DNA from: Candidatus Poseidoniaceae archaeon
GTDB lineage: Archaea; Thermoplasmatota; Poseidoniia; Poseidoniales; Poseidoniaceae
Assembly: GCA_949372875.1 (NCBI GenBank)
Contig: CASIAW010000002.1
Location: forward strand, 39,658 to 103,657
Direction of reading: 5' to 3'
Length of the DNA: 64,000 nt
Shown here: positions 7,365 to 17,822 of the stretch, piece after piece
Numbering within the stretch: position 1 is the stretch's first letter
How the letters are laid out: each line of letters starts with the position of its first letter
Position numbers and translations under genes: made by a program
Notes under the pieces: generated by a model
Seen by the model: only the letters and a program-made list of their open reading frames with translations
The model's database searches: none
Told to the model about the DNA's origin: nothing

Positions 7365-9647
7365 ATGACTGACAGCACATCGTTCACTCTCGATATTATC
7401 GGGATGTCGTGCGGTGCATGTGTGACTTCTGTTGAAAAGGTCACAAGAAATGTTGATGCAGTCAAGGAGGTCTCGGTGAATCTTGCTTTTAACAAAGCTC
7501 AAATTCATGTGAATGAGAATTCAAATCTTAAAGCGGTGCAAAACGATGTCGTCTCCGCAATTGAACGTGCAGGTTATGAGGTTCATTTGCGCAAAAGTAA
7601 GCCCGTTCTCATCGATGATGCAAAAAAACGGTTGCGAGAACAACGAAACAAGGTTTCTCTCGCTCTCTTACTTGCTTTACCAACGCTCTATTTCTCGATG
7701 TTTGCAGATGACATGGGAAATACTGCTGGCCTCAACACCCGACTTTTGTTGGCGATGATGGCGACAATTCCGGTGTATTTTTGGTCCGGGTGGGAATTTC
7801 ATTCTCGCGCTTGGAAATCATTGAGAAGAGGTTCAGCAAACATGGATGTGCTGATTCACTTGGGAACAACCGTGGCCTTTTTGTGGTCGGCTTTACTGAC
7901 TCTTGCTCCAAAAATCTCCATCTTGCCTGCTTTGTTTTCTACTTCGACGCACGTCTTCTTTGATGGTGTTGTGTTCATTATAGCGTTTGTTTTACTCGGA
8001 AATTGGATGGAGGCTACTGCAAAACTCAAAGCTACAGACGCCATTCATTCCCTTATGCAACTTCAACCAAAGCAGGCAAGGTTGGTCGTTGATGAGGAAC
8101 TCAAGCATACCGAAATGCGAGATGTTGAAGCAATTCCCGTTGATTCATTGATCAAAGTCCTGGTTGGTGAAACGATACCGCTTGACGGGATGTTGTTTGA
8201 ATGCAAAGCGAGCATCGATGAATCGACAATGACGGGTGAGCCTTATCCGGTTCGAAAAGCAGACGGCGATGAAGTGGTTGCAGGAACCATCGTACTCGAT
8301 GGTTCCATCTTCATCCGTACCACGCGATTCGTTGATGACACCTTGTTATCGAACATCGTTAATCTCGTCGAAGAAGCGCAAATGGGTAAGGCTCCGATTC
8401 AGCGATTGGTCGACCGCATCGCTGCAATTTTCGTACCCGTTGTCGTGGTGCTCGCTCTTCTTGCAGCCTTATTCTGGTTGTACTTCCCAAACTCCGGTGC
8501 GTATAACCCAATGGACACAAGTGCTGAACTGGCAATCATGGTTTTGGTCTCTACTTTAGTCATCGCTTGCCCGTGCGCACTTGGATTAGCAACCCCTACA
8601 GCACTAATTGTAGGAACGGGGGTTGGTGCACGATATGGTATCTTAATCAAAGGTATTGAAGCATTGGAACATGCCCACTCAACCGACACTTTAGTCGTGG
8701 ATAAAACAGGTACGCTGACTTCCGGTAAACCCCGTGTAAGTCACATTGAATTACTTGATTGTGAAGTCAAAGAAATCCTATCTCTTGCAGCGGCCCTTGA
8801 AGAAGAGTCCAATCATCCACTTGCTTCAGCTATTCTCACTTCGTGGTCCAACGTCACATCTGAACGCCCCGATGTCAAGGGCATTCAAACCATGCCAGGA
8901 CTTGGCATGGTAGGTGATTTAGAAGGTTCTGTTGTAGCGATTGGTAACGTCGAACTGATGGAAGATATCGGGGTGGAAATCACTGAAGAAACATTCGAGA
9001 AAATGGCGAAGGCCGCCAGTAAAGGGGTAACGATTGTCTTGGTGAGTATGGGCCTGCGGTTGTTGGGCTGGATTGAAGCGAAAGACAGAATCCGAGATAC
9101 ATCCAAACTGGCTGTTCAGCGCGCCAAACAGATGGGATACAATGTCATCATGCTGACGGGTGACAGAGAAGATGCGGCTCAAACGGTTGCCAAAGAAATC
9201 GGCATTGAAACGGTGATAGCCGGTGTAAAACCAGACCAGAAGGCACACCAAATTGCCGAACTACAACGTCAAGGATTCACTGTAGCCATGGTCGGCGATG
9301 GAATCAACGATGCTGCCGCACTCTCAATGGCGGACGTTGGATTGGCAATGGGGGCAGGCTCTGATATAGCCATAGACGCTGCCGACTTTGTCCTCTTACG
9401 AAACGACTTGATCGACGCTGTTGCCTCACTAAGTCTCGGACGAAGCACCATGAAACGAATCAGAACTAACCTCGGTTGGGCGTTTCTCTACAATTCAGTT
9501 GGCATTCCGTTAGCAATGGGGATTCTTCTTCCTGTTACTGGTTTCTTACTGCCACCTGCCTTTGCTGCTGCCGCTATGGCATTGTCTTCTGTGAGTGTTG
9601 TTGGTAACTCTCTGTTACTACGTTGGTGGCAGCCGAATCTCGAATAG
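7365..9647 (+). CDS. copA: Cu(I)-translocating P1B-type ATPase
   Basis: GMSCGAC HMA domain, CPC, DKTGT, GDGIND, YN and MALSS motifs. Confidence 0.93.
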   Translation: MTDSTSFTLDIIGMSCGACVTSVEKVTRNVDAVKEVSVNLAFNKAQIHVNENSNLKAVQNDVVSAIERAGYEVHLRKSKPVLIDDAKKRLREQRNKVSLALLLALPTLYFSMFADDMGNTAGLNTRLLLAMMATIPVYFWSGWEFHSRAWKSLRRGSANMDVLIHLGTTVAFLWSALLTLAPKISILPALFSTSTHVFFDGVVFIIAFVLLGNWMEATAKLKATDAIHSLMQLQPKQARLVVDEELKHTEMRDVEAIPVDSLIKVLVGETIPLDGMLFECKASIDESTMTGEPYPVRKADGDEVVAGTIVLDGSIFIRTTRFVDDTLLSNIVNLVEEAQMGKAPIQRLVDRIAAIFVPVVVVLALLAALFWLYFPNSGAYNPMDTSAELAIMVLVSTLVIACPCALGLATPTALIVGTGVGARYGILIKGIEALEHAHSTDTLVVDKTGTLTSGKPRVSHIELLDCEVKEILSLAAALEEESNHPLASAILTSWSNVTSERPDVKGIQTMPGLGMVGDLEGSVVAIGNVELMEDIGVEITEETFEKMAKAASKGVTIVLVSMGLRLLGWIEAKDRIRDTSKLAVQRAKQMGYNVIMLTGDREDAAQTVAKEIGIETVIAGVKPDQKAHQIAELQRQGFTVAMVGDGINDAAALSMADVGLAMGAGSDIAIDAADFVLLRNDLIDAVASLSLGRSTMKRIRTNLGWAFLYNSVGIPLAMGILLPVTGFLLPPAFAAAAMALSSVSVVGNSLLLRWWQPNLE

Positions 9648-9678
9648 GTTCAAAGGAGTCCAATGTTTGGATATTTTC

Positions 9679-9891
9679 ATGAGCGAGAAGGTACACACTC
9701 TTTCGATTACTGGAATGACCTGCGGGTGCTGCTCTGGCCGAGTAACCCGCGCCCTTGAAGCAACACCTGGCGTTCTCAAAGCATTCATTTCCTTTGAAGA
9801 CAATAACGGAAACATCTTGACAACACCTGATATAAGCAGTTCAAATCTTGTTGATATTGTAAAATCAGTTGGTTTCGAAGCATCCGCTTGA
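9679..9891 (+). CDS. HMA-domain copper chaperone (CopZ-like)
   Basis: ITGMTCGCC, ~70 aa, directly after copA. Confidence 0.85.
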   Translation: MSEKVHTLSITGMTCGCCSGRVTRALEATPGVLKAFISFEDNNGNILTTPDISSSNLVDIVKSVGFEASA

Positions 9892-9932
9892 AGCGTTTGT
9901 TTCAAATCCAAGAGGCCCCGCCATCAGTTTGC

Positions 9933-10016
9933 GCGGGGGTCGCCCAGCTTGGTCAACGGCGGTGGGTTTAGGTCCCATTCCTTATCGGTTCGCAGGTTCG
10001 AATCCTGCCTCCCGCA
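9933..10016 (+). tRNA. tRNA-Leu(TAG)
   Basis: GCGGGGG/CTCCCGC acceptor stem, GTGGG-TT-TAG-GT-CCCAT anticodon arm, long variable arm, GGTTCGAATCC; CCA not encoded. Confidence 0.95.
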
Positions 10017-10053
10017 CTCTCTGTCATTCATTTAAAGAGGCCCTGACTTCCTC

Positions 10054-10105
10054 AACCAAGTCCATCATTGAGGGACGTCAATCTAAGGTGAAGAATCCAG
10101 GTACC
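10054..10105. repeat. Copy 1 of ~50-bp imperfect direct repeat
   Basis: aaccaagtccatcattgagggacgtcaatctaaggtgaagaatccaggtacc. Confidence 0.75.
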
Positions 10106-10128
10106 CTCTTCGTAGATGGCCTCTTACT

Positions 10129-13100
10129 TTACTCCGAATTGACCCATTGCCCTGTGGCAGGGTCTCGATAGAATAACTTGCCACTTCCATTTGGGTACTC
10201 AATCCATTCCTTTCCATCTGGTTTCATCATTCCACGCACCTCATATGGTGGCACAATGCTCTGGGGTAATGTAATGTTCTTCTGCGGCTTTTCTCGTTTG
10301 AACAGAACCCCCGCCAATGCCACTACTATCGTAAAGACTGTCCCGATTAAAATCCATTGTATAGTTAAAAATTTATCATTTCCTTGGGCATTCGTGGTGG
10401 TTGTTTCTTGACTTTGTGAACACCCGATTTGGTTTGAGAATTCATCAGGTGGGGTTTTCGCACACTGGTCAAGGGCATCTGCAACTCCATCATTATCTGC
10501 ATCTCTCTGCCAACTTGAACAACCATCTGGTGAAATATCAGAGTTCAATGTATTGGGGCACAAATCGTGTAGGTTGAGTACTCCGTCTCCGTCATCATCA
10601 CTTTGATCCCATGAACAACCATTTATGTCGACCGATTGATTTGACTTCGTATTGGGACATCGGTCAACTCCTGTACAATTTGATGGACCAAAAGAAGAGG
10701 ACCCCATGTTGCATACCGTATCAGAGTCCGTGTCAACTTGAAAGTTAGAACATCCAGAAGCATCAACGCTTGCATTGATTTCAGTGGAAGGGCAAAGGTC
10801 CCAGTAATCATTCAAGGAATCTTCATCACTGTCCCTTTGTTTATCACCACAGCCCACTTCATTTGGATTATCTCCATAAATCGTCTCTGGACAAATATCG
10901 ACGCCGTTAGGTACTGAATCAAAATCATCGTCTTCTTGTTCCCAACTACAACCCATTGAATTTACATTTTCCCCAGGTAATGTGTCCGGGCAAATATCAA
11001 CTCCAAAACAATCTGAGGGGCCAATACTTGGTGCGTCTTTGTCACAGATACCATCTAAATCTTCATCCACCTGTGAGTCAGAGCACCCTAATTCATCAAC
11101 AATTTTCCAATTCACTGTACCCATACACAAATCAAGATTATTCAATATGTTGTCCTCATCGTCGTCTTTTTGACCCCAACTGCAGCCCGTTTCATCAGAA
11201 GTTTCATCCAACTCTGTATGTTGGCACACATCCGATAAATCAGATATCTTATCGCCATCAGAATCACTCATCCACAAATACAATCCAGAGACCTGTTGAA
11301 CCGTCCCATACCGGTTCATTGAAACTAAAATTGATTTTTCATCTGGAGCAGTTGCAGAGAGGCTCGAATATGTCGAATTCACTAATAGATCTGTACTTGT
11401 TATGTATTCTAAATTCTGGCCCATCAAGACTTGATATGTCTGTATTGAGGAATTGTAATTGCAATTCCAACAACTTCCAGATGATCGCTCGGTTAAGGAT
11501 ACATAGAGCAGTTCGCTACTTCTTGAGAACGAGAGTGAAATAGAAATATAAGCGTCATTCGTTTTTTCTTCGACAGATGTTGTTGATTTCAATTCCAATG
11601 TTTTCATCGAATAGACTTTGATTGTTTCATCATTCCATGTGAAGATGAAGTCGCCATCGGGAGAGAGGATCATTGAATCAAAAGAGCCAATTGTTCTACT
11701 TTGTAACAGATAGCCATCATAGACATCCCAAAGAAAAACTTCACTACTGGTTGAACCAATGAGCGTTGTTCCATCATGAGAAAAGATGAGTTTTCGGGCA
11801 TGATGGTCTTCGTCCTCAAATTTGAGTGTATGACCGGGAATTTCGAACATTTTCATCTTCCCAGAATAAGACTCGTAAGAGAAATAGGAGATTGCAAGTT
11901 GTGTCCCATCTGGGCTTACTGCAGAGCTTGAGAGGTAAGCGCAATCGTCACCTATTTCATAACTCTGTGAAAGGCTCTCAGATTCAACATCCCAGATGTA
12001 GTAGCCGCATTTTGAATCCCTCCAATATGAACTCTCCCAGAATATCAAAATCCACTCACCCTCAGGGCCCCATGAAGATGAAGATATCTGTTGGCTCTCG
12101 TTTTGAAGTGATATCTCTTTCATAAATAAAAGAGTCTCTCCTAAAATGAAGATGTTATCAGAATCAGTATCGTAGGCAGAAACTAAATCTCCCTTTGGAG
12201 ACCATTGAGGTATTCTCAGGGTTTCAGTACCAACGACCGGTTCTGTGCTTATGACCCAAGACAAAACATTTGGACAGGCCTCCACATCATATAATGGGCA
12301 ATTGTCAAGGGAATCAACCTGCCCATCCCCATCAACATCGCGTTGACTTTTGCTGCATCCGTAAATATTGCCAAATTCAGTTGACGGAGTATTTGGACAT
12401 AAATCGTCAGAATCCGACACTCCATCGCCATCAGTATCGAGCAATTGGGGTTCGGAACAACCAACATCATTCGCACTATCAGATGTTGCCGTCCTCGGGC
12501 ATAGATCATCTTTATCGTTCACTCCATCGAAGTCTGTGTCTTTTTGGCTCGGTGCACAACCCTTCACATCCGATTCTTCTTCTTCTGGTGTGGTAGGGCA
12601 GAGGTCTTGTTCATCGACTACGCCGTCTGAATCCTCATCCGGCAACCATCCAGTTAAAATAGATTCATAGCACTGTTCTGATGCAACCAAAATCTCACTA
12701 TCATCGAATGTAAAAACTAACTCATATGCCCCGTCATAGTAACATTCATTGCTGGGTCCAAGAAAACTTGTTGTTTTTTCCCATGAATCTGTAGAATAAA
12801 TATTGTAATGGCCATCTCCATAAGAAAGAATGTAATCACCATTCGATGAAAAGGTAGCGTGGGCTTCGCCATTCGATGGAGAAAATAATTGCGAAAAATC
12901 AGAACTTGAATAGGCAGAGATTTCATAGTCCGAATTCATCAAAATGATTGTTCCATCAGGGCTACTCGTAACCGGCCCTGCATATCCCGAAAAGGTGAAG
13001 CTACGTTTCAAAACCCACTGATACCCAACGAATGGTATGTTTTCATATTCATATTCATTCCCTGAACCATCTGTAGATACATACCAAAGAATATCCTCAC

Positions 13101-13764
13101 TCGGATGATGCGCTACAAAATATCCGTTTGAGTTTGTCCCGGTTACTTCAGACCAAGCTGGGCCTTCATACATTTTTCCTCCGTTATTGCCCGTTGAAAA
13201 GACAACGCGCTGCCCGTCTCCTGACCAAGTTATGTCGTATATTGAGACAATACTTCCATCGTCAGGGGTAACGTCATCTGAATAAACCCGTTCCCAGTCC
13301 GAAGTCTGGTATATTTCAAATTGCGTCCCAGACATCGTAACAAAGTATTCTCCATTGGAAGAAAATTCAAACCGAGTATCCGAATAGATGTTCGATTCGA
13401 TTGTATCGATGAGCACATTCCAATCAGAATTATGATAGATATTGATTTTACCAGAGCAATCGGAAATTGCCAAAAAGTCAGTTTGTTTATCGAGTGCAAA
13501 AGTCGGATTGCAGTTATACGAATTGTGTTCAGGGAATGGCATCTTCCTATATGCAGCCCACTGCCCCTCATATACCGTGTCGCGGCCCGACACTTCATTG
13601 ATTTGGAAAGTCGAAACTTCTGTATCAAAAGCGGGCTGAAGAGGCATAATACAAAGAAGCATGAGCGCTGAAATAAACGACGCTAAGATGAAATCTTTCC
13701 TTTTCAACAATATTTTGGAGGGGTGGCTAATGCCTTTTCGGGTGTCAACATCCTCGCCATACAT
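10129..13764 (-). CDS. Large membrane-anchored surface protein: two beta-propeller-like regions alternating with thrombospondin type-3 repeats, C-terminal TM and WW-like tail
   Basis: Many DxDxDGVxDxxDxCPxT..GC repeats; xSPDG/WSGDG propeller blades; hydrophobic helix near C-terminus. Confidence 0.85.
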   Translation of the reverse strand: MYGEDVDTRKGISHPSKILLKRKDFILASFISALMLLCIMPLQPAFDTEVSTFQINEVSGRDTVYEGQWAAYRKMPFPEHNSYNCNPTFALDKQTDFLAISDCSGKINIYHNSDWNVLIDTIESNIYSDTRFEFSSNGEYFVTMSGTQFEIYQTSDWERVYSDDVTPDDGSIVSIYDITWSGDGQRVVFSTGNNGGKMYEGPAWSEVTGTNSNGYFVAHHPSEDILWYVSTDGSGNEYEYENIPFVGYQWVLKRSFTFSGYAGPVTSSPDGTIILMNSDYEISAYSSSDFSQLFSPSNGEAHATFSSNGDYILSYGDGHYNIYSTDSWEKTTSFLGPSNECYYDGAYELVFTFDDSEILVASEQCYESILTGWLPDEDSDGVVDEQDLCPTTPEEEESDVKGCAPSQKDTDFDGVNDKDDLCPRTATSDSANDVGCSEPQLLDTDGDGVSDSDDLCPNTPSTEFGNIYGCSKSQRDVDGDGQVDSLDNCPLYDVEACPNVLSWVISTEPVVGTETLRIPQWSPKGDLVSAYDTDSDNIFILGETLLFMKEISLQNESQQISSSSWGPEGEWILIFWESSYWRDSKCGYYIWDVESESLSQSYEIGDDCAYLSSSAVSPDGTQLAISYFSYESYSGKMKMFEIPGHTLKFEDEDHHARKLIFSHDGTTLIGSTSSEVFLWDVYDGYLLQSRTIGSFDSMILSPDGDFIFTWNDETIKVYSMKTLELKSTTSVEEKTNDAYISISLSFSRSSELLYVSLTERSSGSCWNCNYNSSIQTYQVLMGQNLEYITSTDLLVNSTYSSLSATAPDEKSILVSMNRYGTVQQVSGLYLWMSDSDGDKISDLSDVCQHTELDETSDETGCSWGQKDDDEDNILNNLDLCMGTVNWKIVDELGCSDSQVDEDLDGICDKDAPSIGPSDCFGVDICPDTLPGENVNSMGCSWEQEDDDFDSVPNGVDICPETIYGDNPNEVGCGDKQRDSDEDSLNDYWDLCPSTEINASVDASGCSNFQVDTDSDTVCNMGSSSFGPSNCTGVDRCPNTKSNQSVDINGCSWDQSDDDGDGVLNLHDLCPNTLNSDISPDGCSSWQRDADNDGVADALDQCAKTPPDEFSNQIGCSQSQETTTTNAQGNDKFLTIQWILIGTVFTIVVALAGVLFKREKPQKNITLPQSIVPPYEVRGMMKPDGKEWIEYPNGSGKLFYRDPATGQWVNSE

Positions 13765-13930
13765 AGATTATGCATTACTAGATTTAACTTAAGAATTGCT
13801 CCGGTGGAGACTAAAATACACGCTACGGCATCTTGTTGAATAAAACCTACGCCACATCACAAAGGGCTGATTCTCTTGCCCCCATTGACTTTCGAAGCGA
13901 TTTTACTCATTTGATAAGTCTTTGATTTTT

Positions 13931-13983
13931 AATCAACTCCTTCATTGAGGGACAACAGTCCAAGGTGAGGAATTGCAGGTGCC
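13931..13983. repeat. Copy 2 of ~50-bp imperfect direct repeat
   Basis: aatcaactccttcattgagggacaacagtccaaggtgaggaattgcaggtgcc. Confidence 0.75.
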
Positions 13984-14144
13984 ATCATAGTGAGTGACGA
14001 TGTCGCCTCCCAAAGTTCAACCAAACTGTGCCGGCTGCAGGCATCCTCGGTATTTTCTTAATCAGTCAAAATCGATTCACTATATCCTACAGATGAATGA
14101 TTGACTGGGTTAATTATCATAAGAGAGGTGCGCCACGATAAAAT

Positions 14145-15053
14145 ATGGGGAGAGGCAATACTCGGATTTGGCAAACTCAAATCCCTGAAAGAGCACCCCT
14201 AATAGTCGGGGTTATCTCCTGTGTAATGCTCACAATTTGGAACCTCAGCCGTGGACTGAATCTCTGGGCTGGATATAATTTCGGAGGAGCGATGATGGCT
14301 CTTTTGGCTCTTTTGATTCTGTGGAAGGGGCGTGCGCATATCCCAGCATTACCGTTGTGGATTGGGTATTCAGCATCCATGCTCCATTTTTTTGGAGGTT
14401 CATTAGGTGCTGCAGACAGCGGACCTGGACCGTTATGCTTTGATGGAATGAACCCCGGTGAATGGTTGTGTGCAGATGGTGTGAATGGAATGTACCATGT
14501 CCATCCTTGGTGGGACAAGTTAGTCCACGGTATGAACAGCACAGCCCTTGCTATTGCATGGTCGCTTGGTTGGAGAAGAATGTCAGAGTACAACGGATGG
14601 CAACTCTCACCCCAAGTTGTGGCATTCACCGCTTTTTCTCTTAGCGTAGCCATTGGTGTGGCGTATGAAGTGTACGAGTTCTTCGGCAAGACGATTTTCC
14701 AAACGATTGACCAAGGCGGGTATGTCAACACAGCAACAGATCTGGTAAGCGACATGTTGGGTGCAGGATTGGGTGTGTTGTTTACTCACTACTACGACCC
14801 AATGAACAAATCGTCAAACAAAAGCGGCCAATTACCGCTTCCCGCTCAAGTGACGCTGACAAATAACGGGTCCATTCCTCTCATGGCCATCGGTGCAATT
14901 CTTTCATTGGACTTCCTTTTGTTAAATGGCGATATTGTCAACTCCGACTACGATTTGATTGGACAACTGATGCTTGGTTCACTCATCGTTTCAGGATTGG
15001 TGGTCGCACGTGGCTTCTTGAAAAATAACCAGGCACCAAAATCGATGCTTTAG
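14145..15053 (+). CDS. Integral membrane protein (DUF2238/YjdF-like)
   Basis: Multiple TMs with H..G, WWDKLVH, YEVYEF, T..DLVSD motifs. Confidence 0.6.
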   Translation: MGRGNTRIWQTQIPERAPLIVGVISCVMLTIWNLSRGLNLWAGYNFGGAMMALLALLILWKGRAHIPALPLWIGYSASMLHFFGGSLGAADSGPGPLCFDGMNPGEWLCADGVNGMYHVHPWWDKLVHGMNSTALAIAWSLGWRRMSEYNGWQLSPQVVAFTAFSLSVAIGVAYEVYEFFGKTIFQTIDQGGYVNTATDLVSDMLGAGLGVLFTHYYDPMNKSSNKSGQLPLPAQVTLTNNGSIPLMAIGAILSLDFLLLNGDIVNSDYDLIGQLMLGSLIVSGLVVARGFLKNNQAPKSML

Positions 15054-15387
15054 AACTCCCTCGAATACCATCGTAATTTCAAACCATCTGATAGAATCAA
15101 AGTCGCAATTGTAAACAACTCATCAGAGGTCGAAAAATTCTCCAGAAATGCTGGAATACAGAGGCCACTAATTGAACACTAACCATTCAATGGGTCGCGA
15201 CAAATAGGATGGACTGCTGACCCTTGCACACTGGCTGATTGTCTACAAGAGCGTTGAGCATACCCCTTCTAGAACACAAGCAAACCCCTTATGCCCCTTG
15301 GGAAAACGTTTCGTTCTCAATTAGACACTTAATGCCTCACCATTGAATTTGAAAAGCCTGATGAACCTGAATTCATTGGCATTCAAC

Positions 15388-16416
15388 ATGGCCCTTCCTC
15401 ATGGCGTTTACGAAGATGTAGTTTCAGCGATTGGTCACACTCCTCTGATTCGTTTGAACAAGGTGACTGCTGACTTATCAGGCTCAGAAGTTTGGGCAAA
15501 ACTCGAACGTTGTAGTCCGGGAGGCTCAATCAAAGACCGAATTGGCCTTGCTATGATTTTGGAAGCGGAAGAAAAAGGTTGGCTCAAGCCTGGCGGAACC
15601 ATTGTTGAAGGAACCAGTGGCAATACAGGCATTGGATTGGCGATGGTCGCAGCACAACGGGGATACAAATGTGTATTCACGATGCCTGATAAGATGGCGA
15701 AGGAGAAAATTGACTTGCTACGTGCTATGGGTGCACGAGTTGAAATTTGTCCGACTGCAGTCGAAAAAGAAGACCCTCGTTCCTACTATATGGTCGCTGA
15801 GCGATTGAGCAAGGAGATTGAAGGAGCATGGTATCCTGATCAATATTCCAATCAATCAAATCCCAAAGCCCACATCCATTCAACTGGACCGGAACTTTGG
15901 CAACAGACTCAAGGTGACATTACCCACTTTGTCGCAACGATGGGAACTGGCGGCACCATTACGGGATGTGGTAAATATCTGAAATCTCAAGCACAAGAAA
16001 ACGGTAAAGACGCTCCGAAAATCGTTGGTGTTGATGCTGAAGGTTCAATTCTCAAACAATGGTTCGAAGAAGGGACCATGGGTGTGCCTCATGGATACAA
16101 AGTTGAGGGATTTGGTGAAGACTTTATTCCACCAGCGACTGACTTTTCAGTGATTGATGAAATTCGAATGGTTGATGACGAAATTTGTTTCCGTATGGCA
16201 CGACGTCTGGCTAAACAAGAGGGATTGTTCTGCGGTGGTTCGTGCGGTGGAGCGTTACAGATTGCACTCGATATTGCTGCTGAATTCGATAAGGCAGGAG
16301 AAAAGGCAAAGATTGTTGTCATTCTACCTGATGCTGGAAATCCATATCTTGGAAAAGTCTACAACGATGACTGGTTAAGGGATAACGGGTTCGATGTCGA
16401 TGGATGGGAGTGGTGA
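15388..16416 (+). CDS. Cystathionine beta-synthase / cysteine synthase family (PLP fold II)
   Basis: IGHTPLIRL, PGGSIKDR, TSGNTG, GTGGT, YKVEGFG; no C-terminal CBS domains. Confidence 0.9.
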   Translation: MALPHGVYEDVVSAIGHTPLIRLNKVTADLSGSEVWAKLERCSPGGSIKDRIGLAMILEAEEKGWLKPGGTIVEGTSGNTGIGLAMVAAQRGYKCVFTMPDKMAKEKIDLLRAMGARVEICPTAVEKEDPRSYYMVAERLSKEIEGAWYPDQYSNQSNPKAHIHSTGPELWQQTQGDITHFVATMGTGGTITGCGKYLKSQAQENGKDAPKIVGVDAEGSILKQWFEEGTMGVPHGYKVEGFGEDFIPPATDFSVIDEIRMVDDEICFRMARRLAKQEGLFCGGSCGGALQIALDIAAEFDKAGEKAKIVVILPDAGNPYLGKVYNDDWLRDNGFDVDGWEW

Positions 16417-16417
16417 A

Positions 16418-17569
16418 ATGACTGGAGATTCAACCCGCTGCGTTCATTCTTCCTTGGACCCTGAAGTTACGACAGGGTCTGTTCACACACCCATTTTTCA
16501 AACATCTACCTATGTTCAGAACGACTTTGCTGACCATCTCGGATATGAATATGCACGTGGAGATAATCCCACTCGAAATGCTCTTCAACGAGCACTCGCA
16601 GAAATGGAATCGCCTCATCAAGAAGCTTACGGGTTTTGCTTTGGAAGCGGAATGGCAGCGATTACAACCATCAGTCAAATGCTCAAACAAGGCGACCATG
16701 TCATTGCATGTGACGACCTTTATGGCGGTACAGTTCGCTTATTTGACCAAATTGCTTCACGTTTCGGTATTGAAACAACGTATTCTCCATTGAAAAGCGG
16801 AGACCTCGGGAAAGTTGTTCGTGACAACTCAAAAATACTCTGGCTTGAAAGTCCAACCAATCCACTTCTCACAGTTCATGATATCAAATCATTAGCTGCT
16901 GAAGCAAAAGAACACGGCCTCATTGTCGTTGTTGATTCGACCTTTGCAACACCAATCCTACAACGTCCGTTCGAGTTGGGCGCAGATATCATTGTTCATT
17001 CAACAACCAAGTATATCGGTGGCCACAGTGATGTCATCGGTGGTTGTTTAATCACCCAAAGCAAGGAGCTCGCTGAAAAGATTTCATTCTTGCAAAATGC
17101 CGTTGGTGCAGTTCCAGCACCGATGGATTGTTTCCTCATACTCCGGGGGCTGCGGACACTCGCCTTACGAATGAATCGTCATTGTGAAAGTGCACAGACG
17201 TTAGCTGAACGGCTACAAGAAAATGAAAAGGTCACTCGCCTCTTTTATCCTGGGCTGGAAAGCCACCCAACCCATGAAATCGCCCAACGGCAAATGAATG
17301 CCTTTGGTGGTATTATCTCCTTAGAGGTCAAAGGAGGAGAAACGGGGGCTCGAAATTTTGCAGCCCAGTTGAAATTGTTTGCAACTGCGGAAAGTTTGGG
17401 TGGAATAGAATCACTCATCAACCACCCATGGACAATGACGCATGCAGCAATTCCAGAAAAGCAACGCTATGATGCAGGAATGACTCCGGGCTTGATTCGC
17501 TTGTCGGTTGGTATCGAAGATATGGAAGACCTATGGCAAGACCTTGTGAACGCTCTTGAAACGCTCTAA
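16418..17569 (+). CDS. Cystathionine gamma-lyase/synthase
   Basis: PIFQTSTY, YARGDNPT, HSTTKYIGGHSD, AESLGG, IRLSVGIE. Confidence 0.92.
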   Translation: MTGDSTRCVHSSLDPEVTTGSVHTPIFQTSTYVQNDFADHLGYEYARGDNPTRNALQRALAEMESPHQEAYGFCFGSGMAAITTISQMLKQGDHVIACDDLYGGTVRLFDQIASRFGIETTYSPLKSGDLGKVVRDNSKILWLESPTNPLLTVHDIKSLAAEAKEHGLIVVVDSTFATPILQRPFELGADIIVHSTTKYIGGHSDVIGGCLITQSKELAEKISFLQNAVGAVPAPMDCFLILRGLRTLALRMNRHCESAQTLAERLQENEKVTRLFYPGLESHPTHEIAQRQMNAFGGIISLEVKGGETGARNFAAQLKLFATAESLGGIESLINHPWTMTHAAIPEKQRYDAGMTPGLIRLSVGIEDMEDLWQDLVNALETL

Positions 17570-17822
17570 ATACCGGCATACAAGGGACCTTCATGCAGCT
17601 ATGCTATCACAACGGCACCGTATTACCCAAAGTGGTCAATCGAGCTATCCATCGACTAGCGTGTGAGTAAAAGGGCGGATTTGCTCAACTTTTTTCACTG
17701 TTCTTGCGTTAAAATGCCTCGCTTCGCTCGGCTCTAAAGTGAGTCAAAGTCAGGTGAACAAATTGAGTCCAGTCCGTAAACGAGTCGGTAATTTCAATTC
17801 ATGTGAATCGTTCGACAGAGAC

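Noticed and set aside
9718-9732. CGCC variant of the CopZ metal motif
   Set aside because: Still satisfies CxxC; an extra Cys alone is weak evidence of new function
9990-10016. attL/attR duplication of the tRNA-Leu 3' end
   Set aside because: No convincing second copy found; only a 7-bp GCCTCCC match near 14005
10400-12650. Periodic DNA similarity in the 1211-aa gene
   Set aside because: Explained by TSP3 protein repeats
15054-15387. 330-bp intergenic gap as sRNA or pseudogene
   Set aside because: No recognisable ORF remnant or convincing structure by eye
17680-17740. attC-like GCCTCGCTTCGCTCGGC hairpin after GCTCAAC
   Set aside because: No correctly placed GTTRRRY core and no second copy; single short palindrome
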